A stretch of DNA of 64,000 nucleotides, taken from Eledone cirrhosa (lineage: Eukaryota). Shown piece by piece: positions 12,271-24,570 of the stretch (within the stretch, counting starts at the first letter, position 1; every line of letters begins with the position of its first letter). The position numbers and the translations under genes were made by a program. A model generated the notes under the pieces. The model worked only from the letters and a program-made list of their open reading frames with translations. It did not search any database and was not told where the DNA came from. Where the stretch lies: assembly GCA_964016885.1 (NCBI GenBank), contig OZ024765.1, forward strand, positions 11,470,001 to 11,534,000, in the 5' to 3' direction.

Positions 12271-13906
12271 TTTTCATCCTTACAGGGTCGATAAAATAAA
12301 GTACCAGTAATACACTGGTTAATAGCTGGCCTTGTGCCAAAAGTAGAAACAATTATTATTATGCTGAGGTTAACTTTGCTTTCATCCTTACAGGGTCGAT
12401 AAAATAAAGTACCAGTAATACACTGGGGTAATTACTGGCCTTGTGCCAAAAGTAGAAACAATTATTATTATTATGCTGAGGTTAACTTTGCTTTCATCCT
12501 TACAGGGTCGATAAAATAAAGTACCAGTAATACACTGGGTAATTACTGGCCTTGTGCCAAAAGCAGAAATAATTATTATTATTATGCCGAGGTTAACTTT
12601 GCTTTCATCCTTACAGGGTCGATAAAATAAAGTACCAGTAATACACTGGGGTAATAGCTGTCCTTGTGCCAAAAGTAGAAACAATTATTATTATGCCGAG
12701 GTTAACTTTGCTTTCATCCTTACGGGGTCGATAAAATAAAGTACCAGTAATACACTGGGGTAATTACTGGCCTTGTGCCAAAAGTAGAAACAATTATTAT
12801 TATTATGCCGAGGTTAACTTTGCTTTCATCCTTACGGGGTCGATAAAATAAAGTACCAGTAATACACTGGGTAATTGCTGTCCTTGTGCCAAAAGTAGAA
12901 ACAATTATTATTATGCTGAGGTTAACTTTGCATTCATCCTTACGGGGTCGATAAAATAAAGTACCAGTAATACACTGGGGTAATAGCTGGCCTTGTGCCA
13001 AAAGTAGAAATAATTATTATTATTATGCTGAGGTTAACTTTGCTTTCATCCTTACAGGGTCGATAAAATAAAGTACCAGTAATACACTGGGTTATTACTG
13101 GCCTTGTGCCAAAAGCAGAAATAATTATTATTATTATGCCGAGGTTAACTTTGCTTTCATCCTTACAGGGTCGATAAAATAAAGTACCAGTAATACACTG
13201 GGGTAATAGCTGGCCTTGTGCCAAAAGTAGAAACAATTATTATTATTATGCTGAGGTTAACTTTGCTTTCATCCTTACAGGGTCGATAAAATAAAGTACC
13301 AGTAATACACTGGGTTATTGCTGGCCTTGTGCCAAAAGTAGAAACAATTATTATTATGCTGAGGTTAACTTTGCTTTCATCCTTACAGGGTCGATAAAAT
13401 AAAGTACCAGTAATACACTGGGGTAATAGCTGGCCTTGTGCCAAAAGTAGAAACAATTATTATTATTATGCTGAGGTTAACTTTGCTTTTATCCTTACAG
13501 GGTCGATAAAATAAAGTACCAGTAATACACTGGGTTATTGCTGGCCTTGTGCCAAAAGTAGAAACAATTATTATTATGCTGAGGTTAACTTTGCTTTCAT
13601 CCTTACGGGGTCGATAAAATAAAGTACCAGTAATACACTGGGGTAATAGCTGGCCTTGTGCCAAAAGTAGAAATAATTATTATTATTATGCCGAGGTTAA
13701 CTTTGCTTTCATCCTTACAGGGTCGATAAAATAAAGTACCAGTAATACACTGGGTTATTACTGGCCTTGTGCCAAAAGCAGAAATAATTATTATTATTAT
13801 GCTGAGGTTAACTTTGCTTTCATCCTTACGGGGTCGATAAAATAAAGTACCAGTAATACACTGGGTAATTGCTGTCCTTGTGCCAAAAGTAGAAACAATT
13901 ATTATT
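12271..13906 (+). repeat. About 110-bp tandem array (15 copies) of a Meta-domain-type SINE 3' half
   Basis: Unit CCGAGGTTAACTTTGCTTTCATCCTTACAGGGTCGATAAAATAAAGTACCAG...GCCAAAAGTAGAAAC(ATT)n; the same sequence is the 3' half of the SINE at 27302-27492 (-). Confidence 0.9.
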
Positions 13907-14258
13907 AATGTTCAATATAACCCATACGATGATGATGAAGATGATGGTGGTTGTTATGATGATGATGATGGCGGTGGTGGCGACGATGATGATGAAAATG
14001 ATGATTGATGATGATGATGATAGAGGTTGTTATGATGATGATGATGATGGTGGTGGTGGTTGTACATTTTGTTATTTTGTTGATGTAATCAAACTTGGAT
14101 AATGAGATAATGCTGTCTTACCTGCGGCACAGGTGAGATATGCAATCAAACAAAGAATGTAAAATCCATCCCCACCACCACCACCCATACCATCATTTGT
14201 TTTCCCACATTTAAAAAAAAATTTTATTTAATTTTTAATATTAAGAATTTATGTAAGC

Positions 14259-14690
14259 ATTAACCCTTTCATTACCATATTTCTAATGAAAGACACTGTC
14301 TATGTCATTAACCCTTTCATTACCATATTGCTAATGAAAGACACTGTCTATGTCATTAACCCTTTCATTACCATATTTCTAATGAAAGACACTGTCTATG
14401 TCATTAACCCTTTCATTACCATATTTCTAATGAAAGACACTGTCTATGTCATTAACCCTTTCATTACCATATTGCTAATGAAAGACACTGTCTATGTCAT
14501 TAACCCTTTCATTACCATATTTCTAATGAAAGACACTGTCTATGTCATTAACCCTTTCATTACCATATTGCTAATGAAAGACACTGTCTATGTCATTAAC
14601 CCCTTCATTACCATATTGCTAATGAAAGACACTGGGTATGTCATTAACCCTTTCATTACCATATTGCTAATGAAAGACACTGGGTATCAT
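14259..14690. repeat. 48-bp tandem array, 9 copies, from a TTAACCC-terminal MITE end
   Basis: Unit CATTAACCCTTTCATTACCATATTTCTAATGAAAGACACTGTCTATGT; related single copies near 1268 (+) and 28826-28866 (-). Confidence 0.9.
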
Positions 14691-14834
14691 TTTCAAATCA
14701 TTTCAAAAATATTCCAAAATTTGACAGGTTTGAACATTATACTGTATATACTCGAATTGCTGAGTTTCAGAAGATCCCGTAAAATGGTGAAAGCTGCGAT
14801 TTTTTGCTTATATATATATATATATATATATATA

Positions 14835-15154
14835 CCTCCTATGGGTACAAGCTGAAGCATATAGACAATATGCCCCCACACCCTCCCACTGCAAGGTGGT
14901 CGTGGAGGTGCCACGGCAAAAAAGCACCCAGCCCACACTGTAAAGCTGTAAAGTGGACGTGTAGGCACCACGGAAAAAGCACCCAGCACTCACTGTAAAT
15001 GAGGTTGGTATTAGGAAGGGCATCCAGCTGTAGAAATCAAGCCAAATCAGTTCCTGTATGAGCAAGGCATGGTCAGCCGACCAGACACTGCCCACAACAG
15101 GACAACCCGTCTAACCCATGCTAGCGTGGAAGAACGGACGTAAAACGGTGATGA

Positions 15155-15158
<4 letters not shown>
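14835..15158 (+). mobile_element. SINE body and tail with a non-tRNA 5' segment
   Basis: Starts with GGGTACAAGCTGAAGCATATAGACAA, then the GTGGTCGTGGAGGTGCC..GGAAGGGCATCCAGC body; homologue at 54990-55307. Confidence 0.75.
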
Positions 15159-15188
<30 letters not shown>

Positions 15189-15520
15189 GAAAGTATATTG
15201 AAAGTATATATATAAATGAAAGTATATATATTGCAACTCAATTCTAGAGCTGAGTAAACTGGAACAAAGTGAAATAAAGTGTCTTGCTCAAGGACACAAC
15301 ACATCATGCGGTTTGAGAATCAAACTCTCAACTTTCTGATTGCAAGCCCAATGTACTAACCATTAAAGTACCAGTAATGCACTGGGGTAATTGCTGGCCT
15401 TGTGCCAAAAGTAGAAACAATTATATATATATATATATATAAACGGAAAAAATGAAACGAAATTTCATTTCCCACTCTTAGTACGGCTGTATACTTATAT
15501 ATATATATATATGTATATAA

Positions 15521-15714
15521 TGAAGGAAGACGTGGTAGAGGTAGACCACGAAAAACATGGGCGGAGGTGGTGAGAACAGACCTCAGATCATTGAAGCTCA
15601 CGGTGGAGATGACGAAGGACCGTGACGAGTGGAGAGATGCTGTGCTGAATAAGACCCGTCCCACCCTTGCAAGCAGGGAAAAGCGGACGTAAAATGATGA
15701 TGATGATGATGATG
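15521..15714 (+). mobile_element. RTE LINE 3' end, 5'-truncated
   Basis: Encodes EGRRGRGRPRKTWAEVVRTDL..MTKDRDEWRDAVLNKTRPTLASREKRT*, followed by a (GAT)n tail. Confidence 0.85.
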
Positions 15715-16160
15715 AATGGTTAGTACATTGGGCTTGCAATCAGAAAGTTGAGAGTTTGATTCTCAAACCGCATGATGTGTTGTGTCCTTGAGCAAGACAC
15801 TTTATTTCACTTTGTTCCAGTTTACTCAGCTCTAGAATTGAGTTGCAATGTCACTGGTGCCAAGCTGTTTCAGCCATTGCCTTGCTCTTGGACAACATAC
15901 ATAGTGTATATATAGTGTATATAGTGTGTATATATACTGTACATAGTGTATATATATATATGAGTTGCTATGACACTGGTGCCAAGCTGTATCGGCCATT
16001 GCCTTTCCCTTGGACAACATTGGTGACATGGAGAGGGGAGACTGGTATACATGGGTGACTGCTGGTCTTCCACAAACAACCTTGCCCAGACTTGTGCCTC
16101 GAAGGGGAACTTTCTAGGTGCAAATGCCATGGTCATTTGTGACTGAAAGGGATCCTTACT
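15715..16160 (+). mobile_element. tRNA-derived SINE (second tail type) with internal duplication
   Basis: SINE head, duplicated CACTGGTGCCAAGCTGT..GGACAACA block, tail ending GACTGAAAGGGATCCTTAC. Confidence 0.75.
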
Positions 16161-16319
16161 ATATATATATCATCATCATCATCATCGTTTAATGTCCATT
16201 TTTCCATGCTAGCATGAGTTAGAGCCCATGTCTCTCCAGGTCTGAACACAGCAGATTTCTTCCAGAGAAAGATAGGAAGTGAAAGAGAGGATATGAGTAA
16301 GAGATATAGAGGAAGAATC

Positions 16320-16460
16320 AACCCAGTACTAGACTGGTACTTTTTTATTAACCTTGAAAGGATGAAAGGCAAAGTTGACCTTGGTAGAACAAATACAGAG
16401 CCAGAACAAATACAGCAAAGCACTCTATCTGACATTTCAATAACTGCCAATTCACCATCT
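16320..16460 (-). mobile_element. Meta-domain-type SINE, degenerate
   Basis: CTGGTACTTTTTTATTAACCTTGAAAGGATGAAAGGCAAAGTTGACC is the reverse complement of the array unit core. Confidence 0.7.
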
Positions 16461-16970
16461 TACACCTCAGGTAACTAAAGAAAAAAGAATAATTTCCATG
16501 GAGTCTAACTTATCTTTAAGGAAATCCAATAAATTATAGGAAATTAATAATACCAAATTGAAGATAGCAAGTTTGGCTTTTACATTTATCTCCCTTCTAT
16601 TCCTTCAAATTGTTGATTATATACAAAATTAATTAAAAAACATAGTTGGTATATTTCATAAGAAATATGATATCAAAAGGACTAACCTTTTAACCTTACA
16701 ACTTTTCATCATCGACAAGAGATGGTTTGCTGGTTACATGATGCCTTTTGACACAGTAAAATTCAATTTTTCTCATAACTACAAAATCAGTTTAACCCTT
16801 TAATTACCAGCCCAGACAAAACTGGCTCTGGTTCTATGAAATAAAATCTCCCATTTTAAAGTTTTCCAATATAATTTTATATAAGAACTTTACATTAAGT
16901 TACTATCTTAGAAATGAAATAATTAATAATTTTAGTAAATCTCTCAAAATTCTTCATTAATTTCTTCAGT

Positions 16971-17198
16971 CCCGTAGACGAGATAACTGAAATCAAAGTT
17001 ATGAACTTGTTTCCAACAGTTCATAACTTCAAAGCTAGATGGGGTTACTAGTTTATTGATGTGACATTTGTCAATCATTCAAATATGTGTTGTTAATAAA
17101 TGTTTGTTAAAAAAAAAAAAATGGTAACTTTACTGAAAAAAAAAAACAGGCACAGCAACTGTAGCTGTGTAAAATATATGCAGCAGTCAACAGATTAA
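16971..17198. mobile_element. TTAA-type (piggyBac-like) MITE, degenerate copy
   Basis: Aligns along its length with 40802-41028. Confidence 0.7.
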
Positions 17199-17544
17199 TT
17201 AATTAAAATAGACTGTATTTCATTAGAAATGCAGTCATGAAAGGGTTAAGGATGGTGATAGACAGGAAGGAATGGAAGGGCTTGAAGAGAGAATATATCC
17301 TGCAGTGAACTGCTCGATCCTAAACAAAGAAATATGACTGATAAGTTTCAAAAAGCCAGTACAATGCGGTAGAAATATATAAAGGGAAAAAGATGACAAA
17401 TAAAACCAAACTAAGTAATGTTTTGCCCAGTATATTTCAACATTATTCTGGCTGGATTTGCAACCAACAGATAATATTAACAATTGGAAAGACCAATGGA
17501 AACATTGTTTCCTAGGTCCAATTTGATAAACTCCACCCCACTCG

Positions 17545-18143
17545 TTAACCCTTTAACATTTAAACCGACCATATCTGGCCAGAATTCCCTCATCTCTTTC
17601 AGTTGAAACCAGCAGTAACCGGCCGCCCATACTGACCTTAAGTCATGGCTCTCAAAATAAATAACACCAAAATCTCATAGATTCAATATTATGGGAGATA
17701 ATTATGTGAGGTAAAGCCTTTACCATGAAAATACAATAGTATATATAGAGTAATGTAAATATTATGGGAAATAATTATGTGAGGTAAAGCCTTTACCATG
17801 AAAATACAATAGTAAATATAGAGTAATGTAAATGTTATGGGAGATAATTATGTGAGGTAAAGCCTTTACCATGAAAATACAATAGTATATATAGAGTAAT
17901 GTAAATATTATGTGAGATAATTATGTGAGGTAAAGCCTTTACCACAAAAATACAATAGTATATATAGAGTAATGTAAATATTATGGGAGATAATTATGTG
18001 AGGTAAAGCCTTTACTGTGAAAATACAATAGTAAATATAGAGTAATGTAAATATTATGTGAGATATTATGTGAGGTAAAGCCTTTACTGTGAAAATACAA
18101 TAGTATATATAGAGTAATGTAAATGGAAATGCAAAAGGGTTAA
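17545..18143. mobile_element. piggyBac-like MITE with internal 73-bp x6 array (about 17686-18123)
   Basis: TTAA-CCCTTTAACATTT ... AAATGCAAAAGGG-TTAA; GTAAAGCC at 17711, 17784, 17857, 17930, 18003 and 18075. Confidence 0.85.
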
Positions 18144-18187
18144 GTGAATTAGGTCTGGGATCTTGTTAATCAACTGTCGATATTTCA

Positions 18188-18745
18188 CCTCCACCCCATC
18201 CACACCGCCCCTTTCAATGTAAAGTTATGTTGGTCCCACAACATCCAGGCCGAAACAAATGAGATCGTGTAGGTGTCACGACAAAAAAACACACAGTCCA
18301 CGCTGTAAATGTGGCCGTGTAGGCAACACGGTAAAAACCTCCCAGCCCCACACTGTAAATGTGGTTGGTGTTAGGAAGGGCATCCAGCTGTAGAAAACCC
18401 GCCAGACAGTCCACGCTGTAAATGTGGCCGTGTAGGCAACACGGTAAAAACCTCCCAGTCCCACACTGTAAATGTGGTTGGTGTTAGGAAGGGCATCCAG
18501 CTGTAGAAAACCTGCCAGACAGTCCACGCTGTAATGTGGCCGTGTAGGCAACACGGTAAAAACCTCCCAGCCCCACACTGTAAATGTGGTTGGTGTTAGG
18601 AAGGGCATCCAACTGTAGAAAACCCGCCAGACAGTCCTATGCGAGCAAGACAACCACTCTTGCCTCAAGTGGGAAAACCCCCGTCCAAACCCATGCAAGT
18701 GTGGAACACAGACGCTAAACCTGATGATGATGATGATGATGATAT
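18188..18745 (+). mobile_element. Composite SINE-body element with 3 x 113-bp internal repeats
   Basis: ACAGTCC at 18293, 18406, 18519 and 18631; (GAT)n tail; near-identical inverted copy at 36198-36850. Confidence 0.85.
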
Positions 18746-18929
18746 TTCAGGGTTATTGTCCTCTTTGATAGCATTACATATCTCACAATACTTCGTATAT
18801 TAACTATACAACTTTACTAACAATTTAGTGTTTAGCTCTCCAGCAATGCTCTGAATCATAGGGTTGACTTAGAGACATGCTATGTGTTTTGGGCCTTTTA
18901 AAGGATAATAAATAAAACAAAACAAAGTA

Positions 18930-19053
18930 CTGCATTTCCCAGTGCCGAAGGCGTTTCGTCTTTGATGACGCACCCTAATTTTGACAATCAAAAATTTGAA
19001 AAAAAATAATAAACGACCTTCGGCCTCCAGGACGCATGGTTGATTTTTGAGAC

Positions 19054-19086
<33 letters not shown>

Positions 19087-19287
19087 GTTTAACATCTATC
19101 TTCCACGCTAGCATGGGTTAGACGGGAATTGTCCCACTTGAGGCAAGATTGATCGGGCGACTGTGTCTTGCTTGTATAGGACTGTATCTGGCAGGTTTTC
19201 TATGGCTGGATGGCCTTCCTAACACCAATGCCCTTCCTAACATTTATTTTAGGAAAAAAGTAGGGTCTTTGACGCCGGGAAATATGG
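18930..19287. mobile_element. Tc1/mariner-type MITE interrupted by a SINE tail (about 19056-19245)
   Basis: TA-CTGCATTTCCCAG ... CCGGGAAATATGG-TA; uninterrupted copies at 26773-26941 and 51315-51482. Confidence 0.8.
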
Positions 19288-19382
19288 TAATATTTTTACT
19301 CAGTACATTTCAACATATTTCTGGGCTATGACCCCCTTTTCAAATGTAAAAACGACAATGGTTCAAAGGAGATGAATGACTG

Positions 19383-19547
19383 ATGTGTTCTTTGATAAGA
19401 AGAATTATAGTTATTATTTTTATTATTCTCATCAAACCGTATCCCAGTGCAAATGATAAAGAAAAATTGAATAAAAGAAATATTAATTTGTTGCTTGAGA
19501 AATTCTTTAGTACATATGAACTGGATTATACCAAAAATAGTTCCAGC
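19383..19547 (+). CDS. Candidate first coding exon with signal-peptide-like N-terminus
   Basis: MCSLIRRIIVIIFIILIKPYPSA-NDKEKLNKRNINLLLEKFFSTYELDYTKNSSS, 55 codons in non-repetitive DNA, weak donor AGC|GTAATG; no downstream exon identified. Confidence 0.25.
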
Positions 19548-19549
19548 GT

Positions 19550-20735
19550 AATGTCTGTATATATATGTGTGTGTGTGTGTAAATGTTTATGTATGTGTGT
19601 GTTTATGTATGTATCTCTGTATGTGCATGTATTTTCTATGCCTTCTTCTCTATGGGTGTCTTTCTTTACCTCCCTCCCACCCTCCCTCTTTCTCTCATTT
19701 TCTCTTTTTACTCCTTCTCTCTCTTTTTTTCTCTCTACCTTTCTATCTCTTTCTCATCCCTCACTCTCTTTATCTCCCTCTCTCTTTTTATCTCTTTCCC
19801 TTTATCTCTCTCTCTCTCTCTGTCCTACTCTATCTATCTCTTTCACCTCCCCCTCTCTCTCTCTCAATCTATATGTTTCTCTCTCTCCCTCCCTCTCTCT
19901 ATCTCTTTCTCATCCCTCTCTTTTCTCTCTCTCTCTTTTTCACTACATCTCCCTCTCTCTTTCACTACATCTCTCTCTATCTCTTTCTAATCCCTCTCTC
20001 TTTCTCTCTCTCTTCACCCCCCCCCCTCTATCTCTCTGTGTAGTTGTATATATGTATATAACCCTGAGTATGTATATATATATATGTGTGCGTGTGTGTC
20101 CATCTGTGTGTGTATCTAAGTGTCATTCTCTCTATGCAAGTGTATCACTCTATAAGTATGTGTGTATGTATTTGTGTGTGTATGTGTGTGTGCAAGTGTG
20201 TCACTCTATATGTATGTGTCTGTATGTATTTGTGTGTGCAAGTGTGTCACTCTATATGTATGTGTCTGTATTTGTGTGTGTATGTGTGTGTGCAAGTGTG
20301 TCACTCTATATGTATGTGTCTGTATGTATTTGTGTGTGTATGTGTGTGTGCAAGTGTGTCACTCTATATGTATGTGTCTGTATGTATTTGTGTGTGTATG
20401 TGTGTGTGCAAGTGTATCATTGTATGTTTATGTGCACGTGTAAGTGTGTGTGTATGTGTATGTCCACGTGTCATTTTTTCTTTCTCTCTCTATATATATA
20501 CGTTTCTGTGTATGTGTGAGTGTGTGTATGTGTAAGTGTGCATGTGTGTGTGTTTGTGTGTTTGTCTATGTGTCTTTTTTTTGCTGTGAGTGTGTGTGTG
20601 TGTCTCTCTCTCTATGTATGTGTACGCGTGTGAGACCACGTGTCTTTTTTGTGAGTGTGTCTTTGTATGTGTGTGTGAATGTGCGTATATGTGTATATTG
20701 CATGTGTGTGTATATGTGTATATATATGTGTATGC
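19550..20735. repeat. (CT)n- and (GT)n-rich low-complexity region with about 58-bp repeats
   Basis: Pyrimidine tract about 19640-20035; GCAAGTGTGTCACTCTATATG units about 20130-20415. Confidence 0.9.
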
Positions 20736-20802
20736 CTCACCACCAGACACACACCTGACCATAGTAGAATTTGAACTCAGAGTGCACTCATATATATACA
20801 TA

Positions 20803-21190
20803 TGGAGGCACATGGCTTAGTGGTTAGAGCATTGGCCTTGCAATCGAAAGGTTGTGAGTTCAATTCTCAGACCGGGTGATGTGTTGTTTCCTTGAGCAAG
20901 ACACTTTATTTTACATTGCTCCAGATTACTCAGCTGTAGAAATGAGATGATAGGACTGGGGTCCCTATCATTCCACTGCAGAGTGGTCGTGGAGGTGCCA
21001 TGGCAAAAAAAGCACCCAGCCCACACTGTAAAGTGGTCGTGGAGGTCCCAAGGAAAAAAAGCACCCAGCACTCACTGTAAATGAGGTTGGTGTTAGGAAG
21101 GGCATCCAGCTGTAGAAATCAAGCCAGAATCAGTTCCCATCCCACCCTTGCAAGCAGGGAAAAGTGGACATAAGATGAAATGAAATGAAA
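20803..21190 (+). mobile_element. Young tRNA-derived SINE, full length
   Basis: Same family as 4763-5102, with a duplicated GTGGTCGTGGAGG block; tail-to-tail with a minus-strand SINE tail at about 21198-21435. Confidence 0.9.
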
Positions 21191-21611
21191 AAAATATCAT
21201 CATCATCACCGTTTTATGTCCGTTTTATGTCCGTTCTTTCACGCTAGCATGGGTTAGATGGGTTGTCCTGTTGTGGGCAGTGTCCGGTCGGCTGACCTTG
21301 TCTTGCTTATACGGGAACTGATTCTGGCTTGATTTCTACAGCTGGATGCCCTTCCTAACACCAACCTCATTTACAGTGTGGGCTGGATGTTCTTTACAGT
21401 GTGGACTGGGTACTTTTTGTGTGTCACCGACACAATACAGTGGGGGACTAGGGAGGGTGGAGGGGCCTGGGGGGGGGGTGATGTGGACAGGGTAGTAGGA
21501 GAGGTATGGTCACTGATAAGGGTGGTGAATGAGAGTGGCTAACAGGTTGAGGATTTTGTTGCCTACTAGGTATAAGCCTCATCCTGAGAACAATAGTTAT
21601 ATATATATAGA

Positions 21612-21748
21612 GATAGATATGTTTCTTTATTAGCCACAGGGGCACAAAAGAAGGGGACAAATACAAAGGGGGAAGTTTACATACATTAAAAACGTGTAAA
21701 ATATTATCACAAATGCAATTTAAAAATTAGTCGATTTTCACCAATAGA
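21612..21748 (-). mobile_element. LINE 3'UTR fragment (Tx1-like)
   Basis: Closely similar to 32983-33117. Confidence 0.6.
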
Positions 21749-21764
21749 TAGATATACAAATATG

Positions 21765-22930
21765 TAGGTAACACGGAAAAAACCTCCTAGTACACACTGT
21801 AAACGTAGTTGGTGTTGGGAAGGGCACCCAGCCGTAGAAAACCCACCAGACGTGTAGGTGTCACGACAATAAAACACACAGTTAACACTGTAATGTGGCT
21901 GTGTAGGTAACACGGTAAAAACCTCCCAGTCCACACTGTAAATGTGGTTGGTGTTGGGAAGGGCACCCAGCCGTAGAAAACCCGCCAGACGTGTAGGTGT
22001 CACGACAATAAAACACACAGTCCACACTGTAATGTGGCCGTGTAGGTAACACGGTAAAAACCTCCCAGTCCACACTGTAAACGTGGTTGGTGTTGGGAAG
22101 GGCACCCAGCCGTAGAAAACCCGCCAGACGTGTAGGTGTCACAACAATAAAACACACAGTCCACACTGTAATGTGGCCGTGTAGGTAACATGGTAAAAAC
22201 CTCCCAGTCCACACTGTAAACGTAGTTGGTGTTGGGAAGGGCACCCAGCCGTAGAAAACCCGCCAGACGTGTAGGTGTCACAACAATAAAACACACAGTC
22301 CACACTGTAATGTGGCCGTGTAGGTAACACGGTAAAAACCTCCCAGTCCACACTGTAAACGTGGTTGGTGTTGGGAAGGGCACCCAGCCGTAGAAAACCC
22401 GCCAGACGTGTAGGTGTCACAACAATAAAACACACAGTCCACACTGTAATGTGGCCGTGTAGGTAACATAGTAAAAACCTCCCAGTCCACACTGTAAACG
22501 TAGTTGGTGTTGGGAAGGGCACCCAGCCGTAGAAAACCCGCCAGACGTGTAGGTGTCACAACAATAAAACACACAGTCCACACTGTAATGTGGCCGTGTA
22601 GGTAACACGGTAAAAACCTCCCAGTCCACACTGTAAACGTGGTTGGTGTTGGGAAGAGCACCCAGCCGTAGAAAACCCGCCAGACGTTTAGGTGTCACAA
22701 CAATAAAACACACAGTCCACACTGTAATGTGGCCGTGTAGGTAACACGGTAAAAACCTCCCAGTCCACACTGTAAACGTGGTTGATGTTGGGAAGAGCAC
22801 CCAGCCGTAGAAAACCCGCCAGACAGTCCAGTCCTGAGCAAGACAACCAATCTTGCCTCAAGTGGAACAATTCCCATCCAGACCCATGCTAGTGTGGAAA
22901 ATGGACGCTAAACGATGATGATGATGATGA
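21765..22930 (+). repeat. 139-bp tandem array (about 7.5 copies) inside a SINE body, ending in the SINE tail
   Basis: Units and ORF ends spaced 139 bp apart (22244, 22383, 22522, 22661, 22800); last unit continues into CAAGACAACC..GGACGCTAAAC(GAT)n. Confidence 0.9.
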
Positions 22931-23033
22931 TACACACATACATATATATGCATGTATATATATACATGCATACAAATATATATGTACATACATATACACA
23001 TACAATGACATATATATATATATATATATATAT

Positions 23034-24040
23034 GTCTTTGGAGTAACGTTACTCTATAGAGTGCATAGCTCGGAGATCAGAGAGTCACTCAAGGTAGAGC
23101 TGCTACTTCTTTGAATTGAGAGATCACAGCTCTGATACTATGGGCATGTGGTTAGAATGTCTCAGGAAAGAATCGCTGAACATATTTGTAGTTCAGAGAT
23201 CAAAGAGTCGCTCCACATAGAGCTGCTACTTCTCCAAATTGAGAGATCACAGCTCTGATACAATGGACATGTGGTTAGAATGTCTGAGGAAAGAATTGCT
23301 GGACATATTTGTAGTTCAGAGATCAAAGAGTCGCTCCACATAGAGCTGCTACTTCTCCAAATTGAGAGATCACAGCTCTGATACTATGGGTATGTGGTTA
23401 GAATGTCTCAGGGAAGAATCGCTGAACATATTTGTAGTTCAGAGATCAAAGAGTCGCTCCACGTAGAGCTGCTACTTCTCCAAATTGAGAGATCACAGCT
23501 CTGATACTATGGGTATGTGGTTAGAATGTCTCAGGGAAGAATCGCTGAACATATTTGTAGTTCAGAGATCAAAGAGTCGCTCCACATAGAGCTGCTACTT
23601 CTCCAAATTGAGAGATCACAGCTCTGATACTATGGGTATGTGGTTAGAATGTCTCAGGGAAGAATCGCTGAACATATTTGTAGTTCAGAGATCAAAGAGT
23701 CGCTCCACGTAGAGCTGCTACTTCTCCAAATTGAGAGATCACAGCTCTGATACTATGGGTATGTGGTTAGAATGTCTCAGGGAAGAATTGCTGGACATAT
23801 TTGTAGTTCAGAGATCAAAGAGTCACTCCAGGTAGAGCTGCTACTTCTCTGAATTGAGAGATCACAGCTCTGATACTATGGACATGTGGTTAGAATGTCT
23901 CAGGGAAGAATTGCTGGACAGATTTTACAGGCAAAACCAACTGGTAGGAGACCCAGGAGCAGACCCTGAGCAAGATGGTTGGATAACATCCCTGAGCTTG
24001 GCTGGTCACACTTGGGGATCCAGCCAGATCAGTTGGAGAC
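23034..24040 (+). mobile_element. Rex3/Expander-like RTE 3' fragment with 123-bp x7 array
   Basis: GTTAGAATGT at 23151, 23274, 23397, 23520, 23643, 23766 and 23889; flanks are homologous to the reverse complement of the flanks of 1571-3165. Confidence 0.88.
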
Positions 24041-24043
24041 TGC

Positions 24044-24570
24044 ACCACACCACACTACACTACACCACACTACACTACACTACACCACACTACACTAAAC
24101 TACACCACACCACACTAAACTACGCCACACTACACCACACCACACTACACTACACTACACCACACTACACCACACTATACCACACCACACCACACTACAC
24201 TACACCACACTACACCCCACCACATCATACTACACTACACCACACCATACTACACAATACTACACCATACTACACCACACTACACCACACTATACCACAC
24301 TATACCACACCACACCACACCATACTATACCACACTATACCATACCACACCACACCATACTACACCACACCACACCACACCATACTACACTACACCACAC
24401 TACATCACACCACACCACACTACACCACACCACACCACACACATACTACACCACACCACACTACACTACACCACACCACACACATACTACACCACACTAC
24501 ACCACACCACACTACACTACACCACACCACACCACACCACACACATACTACACCACACTACACCACACCA
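24044..24570. repeat. (CACCA/CACTA)n pentanucleotide microsatellite
   Basis: Source of the HHTTL ORF. Confidence 0.95.

Noticed and set aside
14286-14855. MKDTVYVINPFITILL repeat protein
   Set aside because: The 48-bp DNA unit comes from a MITE end; being in frame is incidental
20803-20880. tRNA gene
   Set aside because: tRNA-like SINE head continuing into core and tail; no proper acceptor stem or terminator
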